The notes beneath the pieces are model-generated. The model searched no databases and was not told the origin of the DNA. It worked only from the letters and a program-made list of their open reading frames with translations. A stretch of DNA of 64,000 bases, from the NCBI RefSeq assembly GCF_018977255.1, contig NW_024704742.1, positions 57,538,001-57,602,000 of the forward strand. The letters run 5' to 3'. Each line of letters opens with the position of its first letter. The first letter of the stretch is position 1. Below are positions 12,201-21,861 of this stretch, in pieces. Made by a program: the position numbers and the translations under genes. This stretch comes from Callorhinchus milii. Its lineage: Eukaryota.

Positions 12201-15200
12201 GCTGGGGAGACCGGTGAAGAGGGAGTTGGAATAATCCAAGCGGGAGGTGACAAACGCATATTCGAGGGTCATCATTGTTGCTCTCCTCCTACTGTCTCTA
12301 GGGCCTGGGAAGCTCCCTTGTGTCCACTACATTTTACAATAAATCTTGTGAAATGTTTTGAGACTTTCTGATGATGTTATAAGGCAAATGCAAGGATTAT
12401 TATTATTTTATTAATATCATTAAAGCTACTTACTATTGCATTTATCCCATCATTAACCGTAATAATTATTCCAAAGTGATCATTGTTGTTTGCATATGCC
12501 TGTAAAATACAAAAAAATTGGGTTCCAGATTTGTGCAACAAAAGACCTACATAAAATGTGCTATGCATAAAAATCGCAGATACTTATTCCATTCGTCTTC
12601 ACAGTATTCCATTCACTGATGGTTCCTCAGGTCAAATGAGAATAATAGGGTCTAAGATTGCAGTGATTTCTTACAGCAATCGGACTATAGGAACTTGAAA
12701 TGCGCTTTAAGATGTTTCAACTTGATAAAACTATATTAAATGCAAGGATTATTATTATTATTTAACATTAATCAGAACAACTAGATATGTCTTCAGTTTC
12801 ACCTTAAATGATAACATCTCTAACAATGCTTCAGTACACACTAATGTCAGCCTCGGTTATGAACTTAAGTCCTGCTCTTGATAGGATCCAAGTGGGAAGA
12901 ATTACAATTGCAGGTCAAATGATTCTAAAATAATAATCCTTTCCATTTGATAGAGAACCTTATCATGTTATCAAGACGTCTCAAAGGGCTTCACAGGCTA
13001 TATGTAAAGGGGTATGACTGTGTATTTTATGGACAACAACAATAAATTACACTTATATAGCACCCTTCACATTGGAAAGATGTCCCAGGGCACTGGATAG
13101 TCAGGGTTTTTTTTGACCTGAGCTGGGAGTTGGGGTCAGGAGGGGTGGAGGGTAGGGGTGTGGGGGTGGGAAGATGTCCAAAGGCACGGTCGAAAAGGAA
13201 AGTCTTTAGATGGTATTTAAAGGAGGCAAGAGAGGGGTGAGGCAGAGGAACTGCGGGATAGAGTTCCAGAGTGTGGGGGCAGATGAGCCAAAAAAAAGGA
13301 CAAAATGCAGATGAGCAAAAAATGGTCACTTTCTTAATTTATAATGTGAATCCAGCAGTGATTTCTCTTACAACTGGTGAACTGGTGAATGAACTGTATT
13401 CCAGTATCCACCAGTCAACAAGTAAGATACCTGTCCTAGTTACAGTCTGTTTTACATAGATGCACAGTAAATGAAGAATAGATAAAATACCTATAAAATA
13501 TCATACCTCTCTGTCAATGGACTCTTTAATAGTTACATCACCACTCCTGTTGTTCACTGTAAAGTAAACTGAAGCTGGCAGTTCCTCGAGCCCATATAAG
13601 AGCGAATCACCATCCTTATCTTCAGCTGCCAGCTTAAAAACAGACACACCTGGAGTGGAAAATATGAAGGAAAATATTCAGGGAAGGAAATAAAACTATG
13701 AGCATTGGAGGAAAACGAAAACAAATGATCAATAGGAAAGTAAAAACAGCTCAAGAGAAAGAATTACAAATGTGTTAAACTCAAAGCAATGCAAGAACAT
13801 ATGCTGATATGTATAATCTTTGGAAAAGAACAGTAATACAGAGATCATAATTGGAAGAGGGAATATTGAGAGAGAATAATTAAGAAACTTGGGCTCATGA
13901 TAACCTTTTGTTTCTGCTGAGCACGTTACAATACAGTGGAGTCCTGTAGCTCAGTGGTTAGAGCACTCGCTTTGCAAGTGAGAGACCTGAGTTCAATTCC
14001 AGGCAGGGCGAAACCTTGGGCAAGTTTCCTTACTCCACACGCCTAATAATAATCCCTCCAAAAACAAAAACAATAATAAATTGGTCATTTTCAATCTACG
14101 ACTGTTTGTGGGACATTGCTGTGCGCAATTGGCTGCCGCGTTCGCCCACAAATATACAGTCAATTCACTTTGCAGTGTGTTCTGTGAAGCGCTTTGGGAC
14201 GTCCTCTCGACGTGAAAAGCGCTATATCAAATGCAAGGATTATTATTATTATTATTACAATGTAAAATCAGTATAATGTCAGCATAACATTACATGATTC
14301 AATGTAATGGCCAGGTACATAGTGAATATTAACAACAACAATAACAACTTGCACTTATATAGCGCCCTGCACACAGGGAAGTGACTCAAAGTGCTTAAAA
14401 GCATCTGAAAGGTAACGTTGCGAAATTCAGCAGAAAATAAATGTAAAAACTAAGAAACAAACATCAAATAAATATCTTTAGATTAACATGTCAGTTGCTG
14501 TTTAGAATGATGCCAAAGACAAGATGTTTAATGGATATCAATAGTCATTGAAATAGTTGACGTACACAGTAAAGCAATAGTTTGAATTTTCACAATTCCA
14601 GGTCAATTGGAATTATGCTACAGGTAACTCTCTGTCTCCCGTGTACAGAGGGGCATCCTCCTCATGTGAATGGCACTTATGCAAATGCATTTTTGTATTT
14701 TATAAGATCATAAGAAAGATTTGGTTGAAAAAGACCCTTTGGCTGATTTGATCACATTTTTCTACAAAACCCTCCCTAGAGTCTTCCCATTACTTCCAAT
14801 TCTTAAATGATTCCAGTGTCCTGAGCTCAACCACCCTTCCTGTAAACCTCTTCCAGCTGTTACCAATAATTACCCTTTGCTTGAAGAAATACTTATGCTG
14901 TTTGTTGTAAAATTTGCCCTGGGCAATGATCAACTTATGCTTGGTTGTTTTATTGTCATGGGAAAAATGCAAGAAAATGGGACTAAATGGACAGTTCTTG
15001 CAAAAATGGACACAATGAGTGGAATGGTCTCTATGCTCTAAATTTCTATGGTTTCATGGCATATCTGAAAGTACTGTTCAGGGATCAAATTACTGACGGA
15101 TAGTTTGGTATGATCAAAAGCCTTTCCTCCTTAATCTATTGGAATAATTTTCATTTACCTTCCATTCAATGTGCCATTGAGATCCAATGCATAACATATA

Positions 15201-16374
15201 ATTGAGAACAGATTGTTAGAAATATCCATACTGTTTGTTACTGCTTTCTGGGTTTACCTGGTAGTGCATCTTCATTCAGGCGAACAACTGTCATATTTGT
15301 CATAAAAGTTGGGGCTAGGTTTTGTGACTTAGTTAATGTAAAAGCTTCTGAAACAAAATAAGAAAACAAACCCATTTAAGATATACAGTATTTGACATTT
15401 TAAAAAAATGAAGTGAAATAATCTTTGCATTTTATACAGCGTCTTTCAGGAGGATGTCACAAAGTGTTTCACAGAATTTACTGTAAAGTGTAGCAATTAT
15501 ATTCTGTAGTGAATGAAGCAACCAATTATTTGTATTCCAGGGCTTCCTCTGATGACTCTGTGGTAAATGCAATGCTTAAGGTACAACAGGGCCAGGGTGC
15601 TGGACTCATTTAAAAAACAGCTCAGTGCTGCGATGAATGTAGGGTGGATATTCTTGAAGGATAAGATCAGTTAGAAACTGGGGTCTTCTTCATCCAAACC
15701 AATCTTGTGATCTTATGAAGATCAGGCATGTCTCAGGTTTATTGGATTAGTAATAATTACGGGTAAGAGGTGGACACATGATCTGGTATTGCATCCACCA
15801 ATCACTTATTATTTAACCTATGTTGAAAAATGCCTATGTGTGGGCAGAATAGGGCTTGAGCTATGTTGTCTCCTCCATGGTTGAATGGCCTGCTGATAGT
15901 CACTGTCCAGCCTGGGATATCTGTAAATCAGAATGGTCACTGGGGAGAGGTACTGAAGAAGTGATAGGGCCAATTAAAGTGTACTCTGGCTTGAGCTACT
16001 GCCTTCAGAAGAGGAGGGCAGAGTAGAAAAAAACAATGTTATTCAATTACTAAACCAACCTCTAAGTCTTCAGAGGGGCAGTTGTGGCATGTTGGTGGCA
16101 GTCAAGGCCATCTTAGTTATATATTTATTTAACTCTTTAGATAATCAAGCCATCTCTCTCTATCTCTCTCACACACATAAAATACACCTCCACAACACAT
16201 TGACTTCCTCACACCTCCCTGTATATAACTGTGTAATTGTGATAGTTCAGATAGTTAAAGATTTGCTGGTGTGCAAAGAAGGACCAAGCAGGGACGTTAT
16301 AAGCACTTACTTGTAATAAAAATGATGACCATTATCCCCATACACTGAAGCATTTTCATTTGTTCCAGCACCAT
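3128..16374 (-). CDS. CDHR2-like: Cadherin-related family member 2-like gene (CDH23/CDHR1/CDHR2 group), 12 coding exons, 3'-partial (continues past window start)
   Basis: Hand-spliced exons 16311-16374, 15258-15347, 13507-13649, 12434-12499, 7093-7182, 6882-6971, 6637-6753, 5738-5866, 5547-5622, 4943-5046, 3377-3580, 3128-3283. All introns are GT-AG, phases match, and the 1329 nt (443 codons) contain no stop. Cadherin motifs present: [12 protein letters not shown], AxDxD, LDYE. The N-terminus [22 protein letters not shown] resembles human CDHR2 NVAPKFLANMTSVILPEDLPVG (recalled). Confidence 0.9.
3377..3580 (-). CDS. CDHR2-like: Cadherin EC3-EC4 exon AFEFFGG...[14 protein letters not shown]...VQDKDQ
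   Basis: DVNDNKPTF motif; TTTCAG acceptor, GTCAGT donor, 204 nt. Confidence 0.92.
3630..3892 (+). mobile_element. CR1 LINE 3' fragment
   Basis: [24 protein letters not shown]...[14 protein letters not shown]. Confidence 0.85.
4343..4790 (-). mobile_element. L2 LINE 3' fragment
   Basis: [21 protein letters not shown]...[11 protein letters not shown]-terminus with (TTG)n tail. Confidence 0.8.
4943..5046 (-). CDS. CDHR2-like: Cadherin EC3 exon (G)[34 protein letters not shown]
   Basis: LDRE motif; TTCAG acceptor, GTAAGT donor, 104 nt, phase 1-0. Confidence 0.92.
5547..5622 (-). CDS. CDHR2-like: Cadherin EC3 exon [25 protein letters not shown]
   Basis: AIDGDRGIN motif typical of CDHR1/CDHR2/CDH23 EC3; 76 nt, phase 0-1. 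Confidence 0.9.
5738..5866 (-). CDS. CDHR2-like: Cadherin EC2-EC3 exon [43 protein letters not shown]
   Basis: TTAACAG acceptor, GTAAGT donor, 129 nt. Confidence 0.9.
6637..6753 (-). CDS. CDHR2-like: Cadherin EC2 exon [39 protein letters not shown]
   Basis: CTTAG acceptor, GTAAGT donor, 117 nt, phase 0-0. Confidence 0.88.
6882..6971 (-). CDS. CDHR2-like: Cadherin EC2 exon [30 protein letters not shown]
   Basis: AxDxD motif; AG acceptor and GTAATC donor, 90 nt; forms the start of ORF 6633..6980. Confidence 0.93.
7093..7182 (-). CDS. CDHR2-like: Cadherin EC1-EC2 linker exon [30 protein letters not shown]
   Basis: Canonical DxNDNxPxF motif; TTCTGTAG acceptor, GT donor, 90 nt. Confidence 0.93.
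7700..7950 (-). mobile_element. tRNA-derived SINE, long subfamily, 3'-partial
   Basis: Same head plus central CCTCTGTTTACCCAGCAGTAAGTAGGAACC segment. Confidence 0.8.
9577..11490 (+). mobile_element. L2 LINE, 5'-truncated RT region, frameshifted
   Basis: [58 protein letters not shown]. Confidence 0.9.
11690..12260 (-). mobile_element. L2 LINE 3' fragment inserted into a CR1 remnant
   Basis: (CAA)n tail on the plus strand; same L2 3' sequence as the copies at 4343 and 37067. Confidence 0.75.
12434..12499 (-). CDS. CDHR2-like: Cadherin EC1 exon [22 protein letters not shown]
   Basis: TTTTACAG acceptor, GTAAGT donor, 66 nt, phase 0-0. Confidence 0.85.
13035..13290 (-). mobile_element. L2 3' end fragment
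   Basis: [18 protein letters not shown] plus conserved L2 tail. Confidence 0.75.
13507..13649 (-). CDS. CDHR2-like: Cadherin EC1 exon [19 protein letters not shown]...[12 protein letters not shown]
   Basis: CTCCAG acceptor, GTATGA donor, 143 nt, DxDxD and DRE motifs. Confidence 0.92.
13936..14257 (+). mobile_element. Young tRNA-Ala-derived SINE, short subfamily, full length
   Basis: A box TAGCTCAGTGG, B box GTTCAATTCC, body CCTTGGGCAAGTTTCCTTACTCC, tail GCGCTATATCAAATGCAAGG(ATT)n; nearly identical to the copies at 19359 and 40519. Confidence 0.92.
15258..15347 (-). CDS. CDHR2-like: Cadherin exon (K)[29 protein letters not shown](G), start of EC1
   Basis: TTTCAG acceptor, GTAAAC donor, 90 nt, phase 1-1. 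Confidence 0.9.
16311..16374 (-). CDS. CDHR2-like: Cadherin first coding exon, signal peptide [21 protein letters not shown]
   Basis: ATG at 16374 (alternative in-frame ATGs follow), hydrophobic stretch, phase-1 donor GTAAGT that joins the next exon in frame. Confidence 0.75.
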
Positions 16375-17765
16375 TTCAGCAACTACTTTCTTTAAAATTT
16401 ATGAAGCACTATCTGGTTTGGAAATCACGAATACTGCTCAGATCTAATGATATGAAAATAGGTGAATCATAAAATCTGACAATTTTCTCTGTATTTCGTT
16501 GAATATCAAAATAGAACAGAACATTTTACAAAATCTATAAATATTTCAGAAATACAGTACACTAAGAATTCTTGGGATGCAGAAATCTATTTCCTTGAAG
16601 CAGAATAATAAACCTACTATTCAATATTAAAAAATATTAAAATATTATTAAATATTACAAATGTACATTTAAGCTCCCAACATAAAACAAATCTGTTCCG
16701 ATGGTTCAGAACTAACAACGTTCACGTAAACTCCTAATCATGAACCAACTGAGGAAAAACATATTCTCTTTTCGGTTAACATCGCAATTTAAACCTTACC
16801 TTTCCTGTAGTTAGAAAAAATAATAAAAAGTTATGATTACAATTTACATTTATGCGGCACCTTTCAAGTCGGGAGGACATCTCAAAGTACTTCACACAGC
16901 GAACTGGGCACCAGATTCGACGCAACAGAATTGGGTTCCAATTCCTGCACCTTTTCCGATCCTGCGTTGGTTTTCCTGGGTGAAACATGAACAATATGTG
17001 CCACTAGATAAAACGTTTTGTTGTTATGTTCAACATGATTACGTTTTCAGTTTGTGGATCTTTTGTGCACATTACTGAGCGCATGCTTCTCAGGGAATAT
17101 TCTGTGACATATATTGAATAAATCATTCAAGCAACAAAACATTGTACCAGCATAGAAGTCTGGAGCAACTTCTGGCAGCGAGCTGAACTTGGAATCACTA
17201 TGGCAACAGAAGCTCTTAGTACCCATTAAAACAAGGCTGAGACCATTTGGGAACTCCAGCACATCATAACCGATCACCATCAACAGACAACTTGAGTGCA
17301 GCCGATTGTGTGAAATACAAAAGCGAAACATTCTTACAAAATGTGTGCTAAATACAAAGAAATACAATGCTTCATTCTATCTTCATTCTGGGTTATATGT
17401 GAAAAAATAACGATGTGCTATCAACAACAACAACAACAACAACAACAACTTGTGCCCTCCATGCAGGTTAGTGTCTTGGAGCGCTTAAAAGCGACCAAAG
17501 AATCAACTGTTTTTTCATATCAAAATATTGTTATAAGACTGACTGGAAATTACTGTACGGTGCTGTTCAGGGGTTCTTTGAAAATAGAAAGAAACTAGTT
17601 TGTTCCAGAGTTTATATTCCACACGCGTCTCCATCCATTCCTTAATCCCTCCCATACCCTTTTATTCCTTTCTACCTCATGTGTATAACTATATTCCTCC
17701 CGACAAGAAAGGCGCTCTATAAATGCAATCTTGTTGTTGTTGCTCCTTTCTCCTTCATGTGTATA

Positions 17766-18165
17766 CAGTCAAACTTGTTAAAGCAACAACCTCTGCTCAG
17801 GTGTCAAACAATGACCCTGGAACAGTCCAGACCGATTTCCCACAATAAACCACCTCTATTCAGCAAACACTCATCTAACGCAACCAGTGTGCTAGGAGAC
17901 AAGCGGGAGTCTATAGGCGGGCCCATGGAAATGTTTGGCCCACGGAAACAGTAACGATTTGCATTTTGTAATTGATTTATTACTTTATTAAAACTAGTTT
18001 GATATATGGGTTAAAGCTAATTTTCATTATTAATACGTACTGATATATTTTTCTATACACTTAGAAATTCTACACACATCAACGAACCCTTACTCAGAGG
18101 CTACCCTGGCATAAAGGCCACTTTGGTCCAGTTCCTTGAATGGTTGCTGAAAACAGGTTTGACTG
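17766..18165. mobile_element. Tc1/mariner (Tigger/pogo-like) MITE, 400 bp
   Basis: TA-CAGTCAAACTTGTT...AACAGGTTTGACTG-TA: terminal inverted repeats flanked by a TA duplication, no coding capacity. Confidence 0.8.
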
Positions 18166-18746
18166 TATCTTGTAATACTTTATAAAAGAAACAAATTAAT
18201 TACATGCACTAACCTGAAGAGTACAGACCCAATACTGGATATTTCACATAGAGGACTTGACAATGAACAGTCAGGCAACCAGAACAAATCAATATGACAG
18301 GATTCCACAGCTGTGTGTAAATCTAAAGATTATGCTGAAGCACATCTGCACAATTCTTATCATTTGCATTCCTAATATATATTCTCAACTTAAACTGTAT
18401 GTTTACCACAAAAGTGCATAATACTAACAGAGTTTGTACATCAAATAATATTGTGAAGACATGTCATGATCCATTTTGTCTCAACTGATAATGGCAAAGT
18501 TAATACAATACTCTAGTAATTGAAAGTGTAGATAAAAGTAGCGGTATGGATGCAGTGTATTTGGATTTCCAGAAGTCATCTGACAATTTGGATAAAAAGG
18601 CAGTTGAAGGATAGGAAGCAGAGAGTAAGGCTTAAAGGATATTTTTCTAGTTTGCAGACTGATATTTAATTAATGGCAGCACGGGTCTGCCTGGGAACTC
18701 CTTTTTCTCCTTCTGTATTACGACCTTGACTTTTAGCTATAAGGAT

Positions 18747-18996
18747 ATAATAATAATAATAATAATCCTTGCATTTGATATAGCGCTTTTCACGTCAGGA
18801 GGACGTCCCAAAGCGCTTCACAGAACACACTGTAAAGTGAATTGACTGTATATTTGTGGGCGAACGCGGCAGCCAATTGCGCACAGCAATGTCCCACAAA
18901 CAGTCGTAGATTGAAAATGACCAATTTAATTATTGTTTTTGGTTTTGGAGGGATTATTATTAGGCGTGTGGAGTAAGGAAACTTGCCCAAGGTTTC
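18747..18996 (-). mobile_element. Young SINE, 5'-truncated
   Basis: Body and tail match the copy at 13936; lacks the tRNA head. Confidence 0.9.
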
Positions 18997-19358
18997 AAAG
19001 GTATCAAAGTTTGCGGATAACACCAAGCTAGGTGGTACAGTGAATATTGAGAAGATTTGCAAGAGACTGCAGGGTTTAAATAGATTAATGCAATCGTAGA
19101 TCAGTGTTAGATGAAGTTTAATGAAGCAAAAATTTAAGATGATTCATTTTGACAGGAAAAAAAAGGATTTTATATTGAATGACAGTATGTTGCACAGAGC
19201 AGAGGAAGAAAATGGGTTGGGAATGCAGGTATATAAGTCCTTGATACTGTCAGTGCGACTGAAAAGGAATGTGAAAAATGTTAATGATATTCTGGCTTTT
19301 ATACCTAGTGGTATAGAGTATAAACGGAAATAATGCCACATTTGTACAAAGTATCAGT

Positions 19359-19686
19359 TATAATAATAATAATAATAATCTTTGCATTTGATATAGCGCT
19401 TTTCATGTCGGGAGGACGTCCCAAAGCGCTTCACAGAACACACTGTAAAGTGAATTGACTGTATATTTGTGGGCGAACGCAGCAGCCAATTGCGCACAGC
19501 AATGTCCCACAAACAGTCGTAGATTGAAAATGACCAATTTATTATTGTTTTGGGTTTTGGAGGGATTATTATTAGGCTCTGTGTGGAGTAAGGAAACTTG
19601 CCCAAGGTTTCGCCCTCTGCCTGGAATTGAACTCAGGTCTCTCACTTGCAAAGCGAGTGCTCTAACCACTGAGCTATAGGACTCCA
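19359..19686 (-). mobile_element. Young SINE, full length
   Basis: Matches the copy at 13936; flanked by a CAGTTA duplication. Confidence 0.92.
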
Positions 19687-19728
19687 GTTAGGCTACAACT
19701 GGAGTATTGCTTTTGGGTTTGGGCACCT

Positions 19729-20503
19729 CAACAACAACAACAACAAGATTCCATTTATAAAGCGCCTTTCACGTCAGGAGGACGTCCCAAGGCGCTGCAC
19801 AGTTGGGTCATGACCCGAGCAGGGGGGAAATGGTCAGGGTGAGGGGAGGGAAGGGAGGGAGCGAGGAGGGGGGAAATGGTCAGGGTGAGGGGAGGGAAGG
19901 GAGGGAGCGAGGAGGGGGAAGAGAGTCGAGAGGGGAGCTGAAGGCATGGTCAAAGAGAAAGGTTTTGAGACCGGCCTTGAAGGAGGAAAGGGAGGAAGCG
20001 GCGAAGGCACTGGGGGATAGAGTTCCAGAGCCTCGGGGCTGAGAGGCTGAAGGCCCGACCACCGATGGTAGGGCGGTTGGGGCGGGGGATGTGGAGCAGA
20101 CCGGAGCCAGAGGAACGGAGGGTACGGCCAGGTAGGTAGGGGGATAGTAGGTCGGAGAGGTAGGAGGGAGCGAGGCCGTGAATGGCCTTGTAGGTGAGGA
20201 TGAGGATCTTGAATTCGATCCTCTGGGGGATGGGGAGCCAGTGGAGGCGAGCGAGGGTGGGAGTGATGTGGTCCTGGTGCGGGACAGTACACGAGCTGCA
20301 GAGTTCTGAATGACCTGCAGCTTGTGGAGGGAGGTGGCGGGAAGGCCGGCGAGGAGAGAGTTCCCGTAGTCCAGCCTTGAGGTGACAAAGGCGTGAACCA
20401 GGGTTTCAGCAGCGTGAGGGGTGAGGTAATGGCGTAGTCTGGCGATATTCCGGAGGTGATGGAAGGCGGTGCCAGTTGTGGTGCGGATGTGAGGGAGAAA
20501 GGA
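19729..20503 (-). mobile_element. Young CpG-rich L2 LINE 3' fragment with an internal ~46-bp tandem duplication
   Basis: Near-identical to 50504-51225; (CAA)n tail on the plus strand. Confidence 0.9.
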
Positions 20504-21861
20504 CCTCGTTTCAGGAAGGATGTTTATAAGGCTTTGGAGGTGATGCAGAAGATATTTATAAAAATGAAAGCAGGGATGAAAGACTACAGTTATGATGAGA
20601 GGTTGGGTCTGTTTTCACTGGAGCAAAGAAAGATGAGTGGCGATCTGATGGAAGTGTAGAAAACTATGAGGAATTTTGACAGGATAAACCGGAAGAAGTT
20701 ATTTCCACTGGTAGGGGAGTCAATGATTAGAGGACATAAGTATACGGTAGCCACAAGAAAAGCGAAAAAAGAGCTTAGGAGAAATATTTTCACACAGAGA
20801 GTTGTTGGGAAGTGGAATGCCTAGCCAAATAAGTTGAGGCAGAGTCCATTGTGGATTTAAAAAAAAACTTTGCATTTGGAATAGCGCCTTCCATGTCAGC
20901 GGGATGCCCAAAGTGCTTCACTGTGAGAAGTAGACAGGTATGTGAAAAGTAAAGGCTCAAAGGGTTATCGGGATAGGATCGGACAGTGGGATGGAATGAA
21001 CACTTTGCTCTGTGAGTCAGTGCAAACTCAATGGGATAAAAGGGTTCCTGCTCTGTAGGTTTCTATAATTCTATGTTTCTAATCTCACAAGAACTTTATG
21101 ACTCACCATTGCAGGAAGTTGTACTTATAATAATAATAATCCTACGTTTGGTACAGCACCTATCACATTGGGAGGATATACACAGGATATACTGCACAGT
21201 GCGGTGATGTGTGTTTGTGGGAGAACACTGCAGCCAATTTGTACACAGTCAAGCCAATGTTCCACAGACAGCCATGAAATGAATGACCAATTTTACTTTT
21301 CGAAAACAATTCTTCTGCTTTTGAAAAATGCCATGGGATCTTTAACATCTGCCTGATCAGGCAGGCGGGACCTGGGTTTAATGTCACATAGTGTGAACAA
21401 GCAGTGACGTAAGTGATACTTCTTGCATATTCATGAAACACGTAGGAAGTGACATTGGGAGCAATCTTACTAACCTAGAAGTGCAAGAAGCTAGCAAATC
21501 ATTGCCTGAATCTAAGTGTACTGCACCTCCAGTATAAGTCCATTTGTCTGTGCCAGAGGCCAGGTCTACTCCAGGCCCTGAACAAACCCACACTTTCTGG
21601 GGGTGGAGGGGTGGGGATTGTCTTTTATCATTCTATGCATCCATTCCATGCTTTCTCCTCTTTCTGTCCTTTCTATCCTCTCTTGTAGTTCACTGTACTG
21701 TAGCTCAGTGGTTCCATTCCTGGCAGGCTGAAATGTTGGGCAAGTTTCACCCACAAACAAACAGTCAATTCACTTTACAGTATATTCTGTGAAGCATTTT
21801 GAGATGTCTAGATGACATAAAAAGCGCTATATCAAATGCAAGGGTTATTATTATTATTATT

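Larger units (their letters stand above)
18490..21075 (+). mobile_element. Old CR1 LINE (RT to 3' end) interrupted by two SINEs and one L2
   Basis: Collinear pieces MDAVYLDFQK / SKFADNTKLGG / LYK..VRLQLEYC..WAP / RFRKD..ALE..LGLFSLEQR / FTQRVVGKWN. Confidence 0.85.

Noticed and set aside
13938..14010. tRNA-Ala(TGC)-like gene (also at ~19615-19686, 36669, 40770-40843, 47195-47266, 56630-56702, 58150)
   Set aside because: No proper acceptor stem or terminator; each runs directly into a SINE body, so these are SINE heads
14016..14276. Recurrent ORF family MGKFPYST...KCKDYYYYY (also 19354, 40499)
   Set aside because: Translation of SINE copies; the poly-Tyr comes from the (ATT)n tail
17421..17450. 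Poly-Gln ORF 17341..17598
   Set aside because: (CAA)n is the reverse-strand tail of an L2-type fragment
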